A program made the position numbers and the translations under genes. Below, piece by piece: positions 51,946 to 60,966 of a stretch of 64,000 bases of DNA. Location of the stretch: positions 2,176,001 to 2,240,000 of the forward strand of contig CAWHIJ010000003.1 in assembly GCA_963829525.1 (NCBI GenBank). The letters are read 5' to 3'. The notes under the pieces are model-generated. The model had not been told where the DNA came from. It made no database searches and worked only from the letters and a program-made list of their open reading frames with translations. Numbering within the stretch: the first letter of the stretch is position 1; every line of letters starts with the position of its first letter. The stretch comes from an uncultured Actinomycetota bacterium. Lineage in GTDB: Bacteria > Actinomycetota > Actinomycetes > JAHEKZ01.

Positions 51946-52108
51946 GTGCTCTCCTCGTTCGGGGGTGGGACAACGGTTTTCCTTACCCTAGCCCTGGACC
52001 GCCGGAAACGACAGAGTTGACCGAGATCAGATACTGATTTCGTCGCCGCTACATCATTTCTCGACGGAATCACTTGCCTTGAACGGCAAAAGGCGACAGG
52101 ATGCGCCA

Positions 52109-52594
52109 ATGGTCAGCCGCGACCGCGTCTCTGAACGCAGCAATGGTGCCGTCCTCGACGATGTGTCGAAGGCGATCATCGAGCAGCTGCAGGAGGACGG
52201 ACGCCGACCCTACTCGGCGATCGGCAAGGCCGTCGGGCTCTCGGAGGCAGCGGTTCGCCAGCGCGTACAGCGACTCCAGGAGACCGGCGTCATGCAGATC
52301 GTGGCTGTCACCGATCCGCTCTCTGTGGGATTTCCGAGAGCGGCCATGATCGGGGTGAGGGTGGAAGGCGACATGGAACACGTCGCCGACGCGCTCGCGG
52401 CCATGTCCGAAGTCGACTACGTCGTCATCACCGCAGGTTCCTACGACATTCTCGTCGAGGTAGTTTGCGAGGACGATGACCACTTGCTCGACGTGATCAA
52501 CCGTCAGATCCGGGCGATCCCCGGCGTCAGGCACACCGAGAGCTTCGTCTACCTCAAGCTCCGTAAACAGATCTACTCCTGGGGAACCCGATGA
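52109..52594 (+). CDS. Lrp/AsnC family transcriptional regulator
   Basis: LDDVSKAIIEQLQEDGRRPY...GLSEAAVRQRVQRL HTH and GSYD. Confidence 0.93.
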   Translation: MVSRDRVSERSNGAVLDDVSKAIIEQLQEDGRRPYSAIGKAVGLSEAAVRQRVQRLQETGVMQIVAVTDPLSVGFPRAAMIGVRVEGDMEHVADALAAMSEVDYVVITAGSYDILVEVVCEDDDHLLDVINRQIRAIPGVRHTESFVYLKLRKQIYSWGTR

Positions 52595-53988
52595 GCACAT
52601 CACCGCAATACGTCAATGAGCCAGGCGACGACCGCCTCGCCGAAAGCGCCCGCGATCACCTGTGGATGCACTTCACTCGTCACTCCACATTCGACGAAGG
52701 TGGCCACGTCCCTGTCATCACCCGTGGCGACGGCGCCTACGTCTGGGACGACCAGGGCAACAAGTACCTGGACGGCCTCGCGGGCCTATTCGTCGTTCAG
52801 GTCGGCCACGGTCGCACCGAGCTGGCCGAGGTCATGGCCAAGCAGGCGTCTGAACTCGCATTCTTTCCGCTGTGGTCCTATGCCCATCCGCCGGCGATCG
52901 AACTCGCGGACCGGCTCGCAGAGCTTGCACCTGGCGACCTCAACCGCGTCTTCTTCACCTCAGGTGGTGGTGAGGCCGTCGAGAGCGCGTGGAAGTTGGC
53001 CAAGCAGTACTTCAAGATGACCGGCAAGCCAATGAAGCACAAGGTGATCAGCCGGTCGATCGCCTACCACGGTACGCCCCACGGGGCGCTCTCCATCACC
53101 GGAATCCCGGATGCCAAGAAGTATTTCGAGCCCCTCGTTCCGACCGGGATCAAGGTGCCAAACACCAACTTCTATAGGGCGCCTGAGCACGGTGACGACA
53201 TCAACGCATTCGGGCAGTGGGCCGCCAACCGGATCGCCGAGGCGATCGAGTTCGAAGGTCCAGAGACCGTCGCTGCTGTCTTCCTCGAGCCGGTGCAGAA
53301 CTCCGGTGGGTGTTTCCCGCCGCCACCTGGATATCTCGAGCGCGTCCGCGAAATCTGCGACGAGTACGACGTGCTCTTCGTCTCCGACGAAACCATTTGC
53401 GCGTACGGTCGCATCGGCGACTACTTCGCGACCAAGCGATACGGCGTGACCCCCGATATCATCACATCGGCCAAGGGACTCACCTCCGGCTACGCACCCC
53501 TGGGCGCGATGATCGTCAGCGACCGGCTCTTCGAGCCCTTCCGTCATGGCCAGGAGTACTTCGCCCATGGCTACACGTGGGGCGGTCACCCGGTCGCGGC
53601 CGCTGTTGCCCTCGCCAACCTCGACATCTTCGAGCGTGAAGGCATCAACGAGCACGTACGGGCCAACGAGGGAGCCTTCCGTTCGACACTGGAGAAGCTC
53701 ACCGACCTGCCGATCGTCGGCGACGTACGCGGTGACGGTTACTTCTACGGCATCGAGCTGGTCAAGGACAAGAAGACGAAGGAGACCTTCGACGACGACG
53801 AAGCTGAGAGACTGCTCCGCGGCTTCTTGTCGAAGGCGCTCTTCGACGCCGGGCTCTACTGCCGTGCTGACGACCGTGGCGATCCCGTCATCCAGCTGGC
53901 GCCGCCGTTGATCGTCGGCCAGAAGGAGTTCGACCAGATCGAGTCGACGCTCCGCTCGGTCCTGACCGAAGCCTGGGCGATGCTGTAG
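52591..53988 (+). CDS. Class III aminotransferase (putative putrescine/polyamine:pyruvate transaminase)
   Basis: YHGT, FLEPVQ, SDETIC, AKGLTSGY and HGYTWGGHP motifs. Confidence 0.9.
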   Translation: MSTSPQYVNEPGDDRLAESARDHLWMHFTRHSTFDEGGHVPVITRGDGAYVWDDQGNKYLDGLAGLFVVQVGHGRTELAEVMAKQASELAFFPLWSYAHPPAIELADRLAELAPGDLNRVFFTSGGGEAVESAWKLAKQYFKMTGKPMKHKVISRSIAYHGTPHGALSITGIPDAKKYFEPLVPTGIKVPNTNFYRAPEHGDDINAFGQWAANRIAEAIEFEGPETVAAVFLEPVQNSGGCFPPPPGYLERVREICDEYDVLFVSDETICAYGRIGDYFATKRYGVTPDIITSAKGLTSGYAPLGAMIVSDRLFEPFRHGQEYFAHGYTWGGHPVAAAVALANLDIFEREGINEHVRANEGAFRSTLEKLTDLPIVGDVRGDGYFYGIELVKDKKTKETFDDDEAERLLRGFLSKALFDAGLYCRADDRGDPVIQLAPPLIVGQKEFDQIESTLRSVLTEAWAML

Positions 53989-54003
53989 GACGCACTGCCC
54001 GAT

Positions 54004-54043
54004 GAGAAGGGGTCCGCGGCCTGCTGGCGGCGGACCCCTTCTC
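54004..54043 (+). terminator. Terminator-like hairpin after the aminotransferase gene
   Basis: GAGAAGGGGTCCGC ... GCGGACCCCTTCTC 14-bp arms. Confidence 0.7.
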
Positions 54044-54099
54044 CTACCCCCACCGCGTCACACCCCCACCGGCCAGTTCTGACTCACATCGAGGACATC

Positions 54100-54771
54100 A
54101 TGACCGAAACCGCCCTTCCGGCCCCTGGCTCCACCGATCGCACCACTGTTCGGCGCATCCCCGAGAAGACCGTCAACGACCGGGCCACCGGCTACGCGAT
54201 CTTGGACGCCGGCTTCGTCGCTCACGTCTCCGTCGTCGATGACGGCGGACAGCCCTACGTCTTGCCTGTTGGATACGCGCGCGACACAGACCGTGTGCTC
54301 TTCCACGGCTCCACGGGGAGCCGTCTCTTCCGGGGTCTTGCCGAAGGCCAACCCATGTGTCTGACCGTCACCCTGCTCGATGGAATGGTCCTGGCACGAT
54401 CGACCTTCGAGTCGTCGATGAACTACCGCGGCGTGATGGTTCTTGGCGCTGCCACCGTGCTCGAAGGCGACGACAAGGACCACGCACTCGAGGTCATCAC
54501 CGAGCACCTGCTTCCGGGACGCTGGAGTGAGGCGCGCCACCCCAACAAGAAGGAGCTCGCCGCAACGCTCGTCTTGGCTCTCGATCTCACGGAGATGTCG
54601 GTCAAGGTCTCCGAAGGTCCGCCCGAAGACGAGGAGGACGACATCACACGCCCCATCTGGGCGGGGGTGGTTCCGATCGTTGAGGCGTTCGGCGAGCCCG
54701 AGTCAGCGCCTGATCTCGTTGAGCCGTACCGCGTCCCCGACTACGTCCAGTCCTGGAGTCGGGCACGATGA
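54100..54771 (+). CDS. Pyridoxamine 5'-phosphate oxidase-like FMN-binding protein (NimA-like)
   Basis: PYVLP, FHGSTGSR, VTLLDG...ARS...SMNYR and WAGVVP. Confidence 0.85.
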   Translation: MTETALPAPGSTDRTTVRRIPEKTVNDRATGYAILDAGFVAHVSVVDDGGQPYVLPVGYARDTDRVLFHGSTGSRLFRGLAEGQPMCLTVTLLDGMVLARSTFESSMNYRGVMVLGAATVLEGDDKDHALEVITEHLLPGRWSEARHPNKKELAATLVLALDLTEMSVKVSEGPPEDEEDDITRPIWAGVVPIVEAFGEPESAPDLVEPYRVPDYVQSWSRAR

Positions 54772-54889
54772 AGGGAGGCGGCCACCCCTGGCTCTCGCCG
54801 GTTGCACCAGTCGACGCCGAATCCGGCTGGACAGATCCTGGTGCGACGCTCGCGTGGGCCGTCCCCCTCGGTCAGCCCGCGTCGACCAG

Positions 54890-55867
54890 CTAGCTGCCTG
54901 CTTGCCAGAGGTCGGCAGCCACCAGCTCGGCCACCGTCAGCTCGGCCAGGAGCCGGACGTCCTCGTCGTCGTCGTGCCGGTAGCGCACGACGTGGTCAGC
55001 GCCGTCGACCGGAGCTCCAGCCGCTACGACGGTCGACCCCCGCTCGCGGGTCCATCTCAGCAGCTCGTCCTCGTACCGGCTGCCCGGAAGCAGCAGCATC
55101 CGATAGTCCTGCGTCTTGGTCAGGTAGACGTCGACATGGCTCCACTCCCCTGTCTCCGAAGACAGTGCCGGGCGTCGCGGCCCCTCGCGGAGCATGAGCG
55201 CCGACTGTTGGGCGTTTCCGAGCCTGCGGAACGGCGCGACGACAGCGGTCACGTCGGGGCCGGCCAATCGCTCGACGGTTTCCGGCAACCAGCCGACCCG
55301 ACGGTCGAGGAGATCCTGCGTTGCTTCAACAGTCCGGCCGAGAATCGCCAGCAGATCGCGCTCGACACCGGTGAACTTGGCCTCCAACGCCAGGAGCAGC
55401 ACCTGAGTGTTGGTGTAGGAGCGGCACGACACTCCACCGCGCTCCGGACCTGCGTGCATGAGGACTGTGCTGTCTGCGACTTCGGTGAGCGGAGACCCCT
55501 CTTCATTGGTGATGACGAATACCGGCGACTGCCCGGCATATTGGCTCACCGCGTCCAGTGTTTCGCGCGACCGCCCCGAAGCAGAAATGGCAATCACGAG
55601 CTGTTCGGTGTCCGGTGGCGGCAGGAGCTCAGAAGATGCGAGCTCGGCCACCGCGTCGACCCCGTGGGCTCTGAGCCTGGCTGCGGCAACCCCGGCGGCA
55701 AACGTCGACGATCCCATGCCCAGCAGAAGGACCTGCCCGATGTCGTCTGGGACCTCCGACCACGGGTCGTCGGTGACCAGGACGCGTTGCAGGTCGCGTA
55801 ATACCGCGGGTCGTGTCTCAACATCGGCGGCAAAGAGTTGCGGATCCACGGTTCTCCTGAGCGTCAC
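54890..55867 (-). CDS. SIS-domain sugar-phosphate isomerase/deaminase (GlmS C-terminal-like)
   Basis: GMGSS, ISASGRSRET, ITN and LMLREG; two SIS halves. Confidence 0.8.
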   Translation of the reverse strand: MTLRRTVDPQLFAADVETRPAVLRDLQRVLVTDDPWSEVPDDIGQVLLLGMGSSTFAAGVAAARLRAHGVDAVAELASSELLPPPDTEQLVIAISASGRSRETLDAVSQYAGQSPVFVITNEEGSPLTEVADSTVLMHAGPERGGVSCRSYTNTQVLLLALEAKFTGVERDLLAILGRTVEATQDLLDRRVGWLPETVERLAGPDVTAVVAPFRRLGNAQQSALMLREGPRRPALSSETGEWSHVDVYLTKTQDYRMLLLPGSRYEDELLRWTRERGSTVVAAGAPVDGADHVVRYRHDDDEDVRLLAELTVAELVAADLWQAGS

Positions 55868-57208
55868 GCTTGGGGAAACAGCGCCTGCAGCGCCTGGTCA
55901 GGCACGTAGCGCCACCGCGGCAGGTGCCGCACAGCGTAGAGGAACTCCCTGCACTCCTGCTCGACCTGGAAGGGGCGCAAGAGCCTCTCGTCCAGTAGCT
56001 GGGGACGACCCCTCTCGGAGAGACGCTTTCGGTAGGCGCCGAGGAACCGAGCCTGCGCCTCGGAAATCCAGACGCTCACCAGGCGGGCGTCTGCCCCTTT
56101 CACCCGGTGCAGGACGACGCGTCCCACGTGGTCGATCGACTGCAGCATGCCCGCCACATCGCGGGCCGCCGGCTGCGGAAGAAGCCGCAGTGCCACGGGG
56201 AGCACCGGGTTGCCGTCGAAGTCGCCAACCGCATAGCCGCCGTCCCACCGCAGGACTTGGCCGATGTGCAGGTCGCCGTGCACAGGGATGGTCATCGTGT
56301 CGGTGACCTCGCCGAACGCGTCGAAGACGTCCTCCATCTGCCCTTTGAGCTCCACCAGACGCGCGCCCTCGTCACCGTCGACAGACCCCACCGCCTCATC
56401 GAGCAGGGAGCGGGCCAGCTGGCGCCACTCGTCGACATCGGTGACCCCTGCCGGCTGCATCGGGTTGGGCATCACCTCCGTCGGTGTCGCCATTGCTGCG
56501 TGCATGTCCGCGACAACGGTGCCGACGACTTCGAGCGCAACGATCGAGTCATCGAGATCGCCGCCCCTCGCTGCAAAGTCACCGGCGTCGAGCACTGCCC
56601 AGGTCCAGCCGTCACTCGCCCCGGGAAGGAATTGCCCGACCGAAGCGATGAGCACGTCCCGCCGGCCGTCGGCCCACGTCACAAACCCCCAAGGCCGCGG
56701 CATCTCAGTGAAGCCAGCCATCGTCAGGTGAGCGATCAACGCCGGCGCCGGCGTCGGCTCAGCGTGCACGGCCCACTTGACCACTGCCGCTTCTCCGACG
56801 ACGACCGACTCATGAGTCTGGTCGACATCCATCGCTCGCTCGTCGGTCCCGGGTCGCACCGCTTCACCCACACCGCGGAACGAGTGAGGTGATCGAGAAC
56901 CCGACATCTCCCAGCCGTCCGCCAACGGCCAGCAGATGCGCCAGCGTCGCCGCAGCTCCGTCGCCGGGAGTCGCCCGAACCAAGGACCCGTCGGCTACTC
57001 GGAAGGGGGCCGCCAGCAGTTGGTCGGCACCGTGGCTGAAGGCGCCGACCCAATGATCCTCGGACAGTCGAGTGGCCCCAACCAGCAAGAGGGCATCCGG
57101 CATCGGCAGGCCTTCAGCGCGACGAAGCTCTGGCAGCAGCTGGCTCGGGTCGGTCGCGGCAGCGAGGGCGGCGAGCTTCTCAAAGCTCGACAGGTCAGGT
57201 TCGGTCAC
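55864..57208 (-). CDS. Maltokinase-like sugar kinase (actinobacterial glucosamine kinase-like), frameshift near 56884
   Basis: DQTHESVVVG...VVKW, DGW, HGDLHIGQ, DFDG and RDVAGML. The N-terminal part (PGDGAA) is in ORF 56864-57208, in another frame. Confidence 0.75.
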
Positions 57209-58511
57209 GATGCTGCTGCGCCACCTGCTCGATCACGTCGGCCGCGCGCTCCTTGCCTCGACGCCCTCGGATCGCAGCACCCATGGCGTCCATGCGGGAT
57301 CGCAGCCCGGTGTCGGCAAGGAGCTCGTCGACGGCTCCAGCCAGTTCGTCCTCGGTGAAGGCGTAGGTACGGAGTCGGCGTCCGAAGCCCAGCTCGTCCA
57401 TCCGCTGCGCGTTGTCGTACTGGTCCCAGAACAACGGAAGAAGGACCATGGGCTTGCCGAAGTGCAGTGCCTCCGTCGTCGTGTTGTTCCCCCCATGGGT
57501 GATGACCAGGTCGACCAGGGGCATCAGCGAAGTCTGCGGCAAGAACTCCGCACCCCACATGTTGTCGGCCAGCTCGTACTCGGTGTGCTGAGGTCCCTTA
57601 CTCACGATGAACCGGTGTCGGGTCGTCCCGAGAACATCGATCAGACGCTTCATCAGGTCGACGTCAGCGCTGCCCAGAGATCCGAGGGAGAGGTAGATGA
57701 GCCCTGACCCGCTCGGTCGGTCGGCCAGCTGCTCCGGCACCTCGAACGGCTCGTCGGTCGAGCGAACACTGGAGTCAAGCCGATGCCACGTCGCGTCGAG
57801 CGGACGTCGATCGACATAGTCGGCCTCTTCGGGGAACACGTAGAGGTTGGCGTGCTCGGAGACAGGCATGAAGTCGAGGTCGGGCAGCGGATCTGCACCG
57901 CACGAGACGACGAAGGCGTTGAAGTCAGTCCACATGTCTCGGTGGGTGCGCTCATACTCCGCACGAAAGGCAGGCCAGTCGCTGTCGTCCTTGGCCGGAA
58001 GGCCGGAGAAGGTCGGTGCGATGCCAGGGCCCTTCACCTCCAGTGGGTTGCAGCTGACGATGCGCACGAAGGGAGCATCGGCCGTTGTCAGTGCCGGGAA
58101 GATCACAACATTGTCTTCGACGATGACGTCGGGCTGCTGCCTGGCGACGATCTCACGCAGGTGTGGTTCGCAGTACTTCGCTCCGTCGATCAGCGCCTGG
58201 TAGGTAGGCGCGATGAACGTCTCCAGCTGGTCGACGGTCGGCTTGCGGAACTCCGGCGAAGTCTCCCGGATGAACTCCTTCCAGAACGCGCCAGGGTCAG
58301 CGTCGTCGCCTCCTTCAGGAGCAGGGGCAAGGTCGACGAGGTCTTCGACAAAGCCCAGCGGTTCGAGCTTTCCCTTCCAGCTCGCTTCGGCTGCGAACAC
58401 CACTCGATGTCCGCGCTCGAGCAGCACGTTGCCGATGCCGATGCAGTTTCCCGTCGGTCCGTAGGCGGACTCGGGCAGGAAGAGGACGGTCAGTTGGCGG
58501 TCGGTCATCAC
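57195..58511 (-). CDS. Family 1 (MGT/UGT-like) glycosyltransferase
   Basis: YLSLGS and FLPQ...ITHGGNNTTTEALHFGKPMVLLPLFWDQYDNA UGT signature. Confidence 0.9.
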   Translation of the reverse strand: MMTDRQLTVLFLPESAYGPTGNCIGIGNVLLERGHRVVFAAEASWKGKLEPLGFVEDLVDLAPAPEGGDDADPGAFWKEFIRETSPEFRKPTVDQLETFIAPTYQALIDGAKYCEPHLREIVARQQPDVIVEDNVVIFPALTTADAPFVRIVSCNPLEVKGPGIAPTFSGLPAKDDSDWPAFRAEYERTHRDMWTDFNAFVVSCGADPLPDLDFMPVSEHANLYVFPEEADYVDRRPLDATWHRLDSSVRSTDEPFEVPEQLADRPSGSGLIYLSLGSLGSADVDLMKRLIDVLGTTRHRFIVSKGPQHTEYELADNMWGAEFLPQTSLMPLVDLVITHGGNNTTTEALHFGKPMVLLPLFWDQYDNAQRMDELGFGRRLRTYAFTEDELAGAVDELLADTGLRSRMDAMGAAIRGRRGKERAADVIEQVAQQHRDRT

Positions 58512-58676
58512 AGCTCCTCAGTGCGACGTGCGGGGTTCTGCGTGGGGCGGTCCTACACGAGTGCCCCGCGGCATCATGGCACCGGTGGCTTGTTACGACG
58601 CCCAGGACGCGCCAGCCCCAAGGGCCATGATGGAGTAGGTCTCTCACCTGCCACCTCCCCCAGAGAGGAACTACCC

Positions 58677-59030
58677 GTGCCCACACCGCTCCTGGTTGCC
58701 AACGCCTACGCCGAGCTTTCCGCCGACCTCGAGGACTGGGGCCTACGTGACGGAGCCGATGTGGGTGAGCCGCAGATGAGTGGCCGCATCTTCTACGAGG
58801 GAAATGGCGTCCAGATCGGGGTCTGGGAGTGCACCCCCGGCGGCTGGGCGATCCAGAGTCGTCCCGACCACGAGACCGTCCAGATCCTTTCCGGCCGGGC
58901 TCGGCTCAGCGATGCCGACGGCGCATCGGTCGAACTTACGGCCGGCGATGTCGTCACGCTGCCCAAGGGCTGGTCTGGCCGCTGGGACATCCTGGAGACT
59001 GTGCGCAAGCTCTATTTCATCACCGGGTAG
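58677..59030 (+). CDS. Cupin (DUF861/EutQ-like) protein
   Basis: GVWECTPG, E..QILSG and AGD...PKGWSGRW; GTG after GAGG. Confidence 0.85.
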   Translation: MPTPLLVANAYAELSADLEDWGLRDGADVGEPQMSGRIFYEGNGVQIGVWECTPGGWAIQSRPDHETVQILSGRARLSDADGASVELTAGDVVTLPKGWSGRWDILETVRKLYFITG

Positions 59031-59058
59031 TTCGCGCGCCTTGGTCCTCCGGTGGTAT

Positions 59059-59070
59059 ATTGGATCCAAT
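59059..59070. promoter_or_regulatory. Candidate GntR operator upstream of the acyl-CoA dehydrogenase
   Basis: Perfect palindrome ATTGGATCCAAT, with a near-identical copy at 62133-62144. Confidence 0.6.
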
Positions 59071-59096
59071 CTTCCCGTCCACTGCTGGGAGCCCCC

Positions 59097-60263
59097 ATGC
59101 CGGTCCGTCCGCTCGACCTGATCGCCACCGACACCCTCCTCGATGACGAAGAGCGGGCCATCCGCGACACCGTTCGCCAGTTTGGTGACGACCGGCTCCG
59201 TCCGCACGTCTCAGGGTGGTTCGAGGCCGGCACGATCCCCGCCCGCGAGATTGCCCGCGAGCTCGGGGGGCTCGGCGTCCTGGGCATGCACCTGGAGGGG
59301 TACGGCTGCGCCGGCACCAGCGCCGTTGCCTACGGCCTGGCCTGCATGGAGCTAGAGGCGGTGGACTCCGGAATCCGCTCGCTCGTGAGCGTCCAGGGGT
59401 CGCTGGCGATGTTCGCGATCTGGAAGTGGGGAACGGAGGAGCAGAAGCAGCAGTGGCTGCCGGGCATGGCGGCCGGAGAGAAGATCGGCTGCTTCGGTCT
59501 CACCGAGCCCGACTTCGGGTCGAACCCCTCCGGCATGCGCACCTCGGCCAAGCGGGACGGCACCGACTGGGTGCTCAACGGCACCAAGATGTGGATCACC
59601 AACGGAGCGGTCGCTGACGTCGCCGTCGTCTGGGCACAGACCGAAGACGGCATCCGCGGCTTCGTCGTCCCGACCGATTCTCCAGGGTTCAGTGCACCCG
59701 TGATCAAGAGCAAGCTCAGCCTGCGCGCGTCCATCACCAGCGAGCTCGTCCTCGAGAACGTTCGACTTCCCGAGTCGGCGGTCTTCCCTGACGTCACCGG
59801 GCTCAAAGGTCCACTCTCGTGCCTTTCGGAGGCTCGTTTCGGGATCGTCTTCGGCGTCGTGGGGGCAGCCCGTGACTGCCTGGAGACGGCGATCGACTAC
59901 GCGGTCAACCGTGAGCAGTTCGACAAGCCGATCGCCGGGTTCCAGCTCACCCAGAAGAAGCTCGCCGACATGACTGTCGAGCTCGACAAGGCATTCCTGC
60001 TTGCGCTGCACCTTGGCCGACTCAAAGACTCCGGGGTGATCCGGCCCGAGATGGTCTCGGTGGGCAAGCTCAACAACGTGCGCGAGGCGATGGCCATCGC
60101 CCGTGAGTCACGCACCATCCTGGGCGCGAACGGCATCACCTTGGAGTACCCCGTGCTGCGCCACGCCAACAATCTCGAGTCGGTGCTCACATATGAGGGG
60201 ACCGAAGAGATCCACACACTGGTCATTGGCCAGGCCGTCACCGGCATCGCCGCCTACCGATAG
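59097..60263 (+). CDS. Acyl-CoA dehydrogenase, glutaryl-CoA dehydrogenase-like
   Basis: DSGIRS...SVQGSL, GCFGLTEPDFGSNP, KMWITN, SLRASIT and LESVLTYEGT. Confidence 0.88.
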   Translation: MPVRPLDLIATDTLLDDEERAIRDTVRQFGDDRLRPHVSGWFEAGTIPAREIARELGGLGVLGMHLEGYGCAGTSAVAYGLACMELEAVDSGIRSLVSVQGSLAMFAIWKWGTEEQKQQWLPGMAAGEKIGCFGLTEPDFGSNPSGMRTSAKRDGTDWVLNGTKMWITNGAVADVAVVWAQTEDGIRGFVVPTDSPGFSAPVIKSKLSLRASITSELVLENVRLPESAVFPDVTGLKGPLSCLSEARFGIVFGVVGAARDCLETAIDYAVNREQFDKPIAGFQLTQKKLADMTVELDKAFLLALHLGRLKDSGVIRPEMVSVGKLNNVREAMAIARESRTILGANGITLEYPVLRHANNLESVLTYEGTEEIHTLVIGQAVTGIAAYR

Positions 60264-60303
60264 GCAACCACACCGCGCGACGACGCTCCGGGACTGGACC
60301 CGC

Positions 60304-60966
60304 CTAACGTGAGGGGAGCACCTGCTCCAAAGCCGAAACGGCCCGCTCACGGTGGGCACGCAGCAGTGTCTCTGCTCGATCTGCGTCGCGCATCTGGACG
60401 GCCTCAAGCACAGCACGGTGCTCGTCGTGGACCACGTCACGGTGGCTGTCCTCGGCGTAGTAGAGCGACCGGTAGACGTCAGTGGCATCCCACAGCACCC
60501 GCACCAGGCGCGACAACCGCGGCATGTGGGCAGCCTCGATAAGCCCGAAGTGAAACCGGCGGTTCGCCTCCGTCATCGTTACGACATCAGCGGAGGCGGA
60601 GGCCGCTTCGACGTCCTCGAGCGCCGCAGCGAGGCCAGCGATCTCGTCATCGCTGATCTGGGCTAGCGCCACACGCACGGCCTCAGACTCCAGGAGATCC
60701 CGGATTCGGTACACCTCGCGCAGGTCGTCGATGTCAAGCTCGGCAACGAAGTAACCGCGGTGCGGCTGGTAGATCACCTGCCCTTCGCCCTCCAGGATCT
60801 TCAACGCCTCACGAAGGGGCACCCGGGACACCCCGAACCGCTCAGCCAGGGCGTCTTGCAGCACCTGCTCCCCCGGTCGCAGATCACCGGTAACGATTGC
60901 GCGGCGTAGTTCCGCGAGCACCGCCTCCTGGGCGGTTGGTGGTCGGCGGAACTGGTGACCGGTCAT
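60304..60966 (-). CDS. GntR family (FCD) transcriptional regulator
   Basis: LRPGE...LAERFGVSRVPLREAL winged HTH, NRRFH and EH. Confidence 0.93.
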   Translation of the reverse strand: MTGHQFRRPPTAQEAVLAELRRAIVTGDLRPGEQVLQDALAERFGVSRVPLREALKILEGEGQVIYQPHRGYFVAELDIDDLREVYRIRDLLESEAVRVALAQISDDEIAGLAAALEDVEAASASADVVTMTEANRRFHFGLIEAAHMPRLSRLVRVLWDATDVYRSLYYAEDSHRDVVHDEHRAVLEAVQMRDADRAETLLRAHRERAVSALEQVLPSR

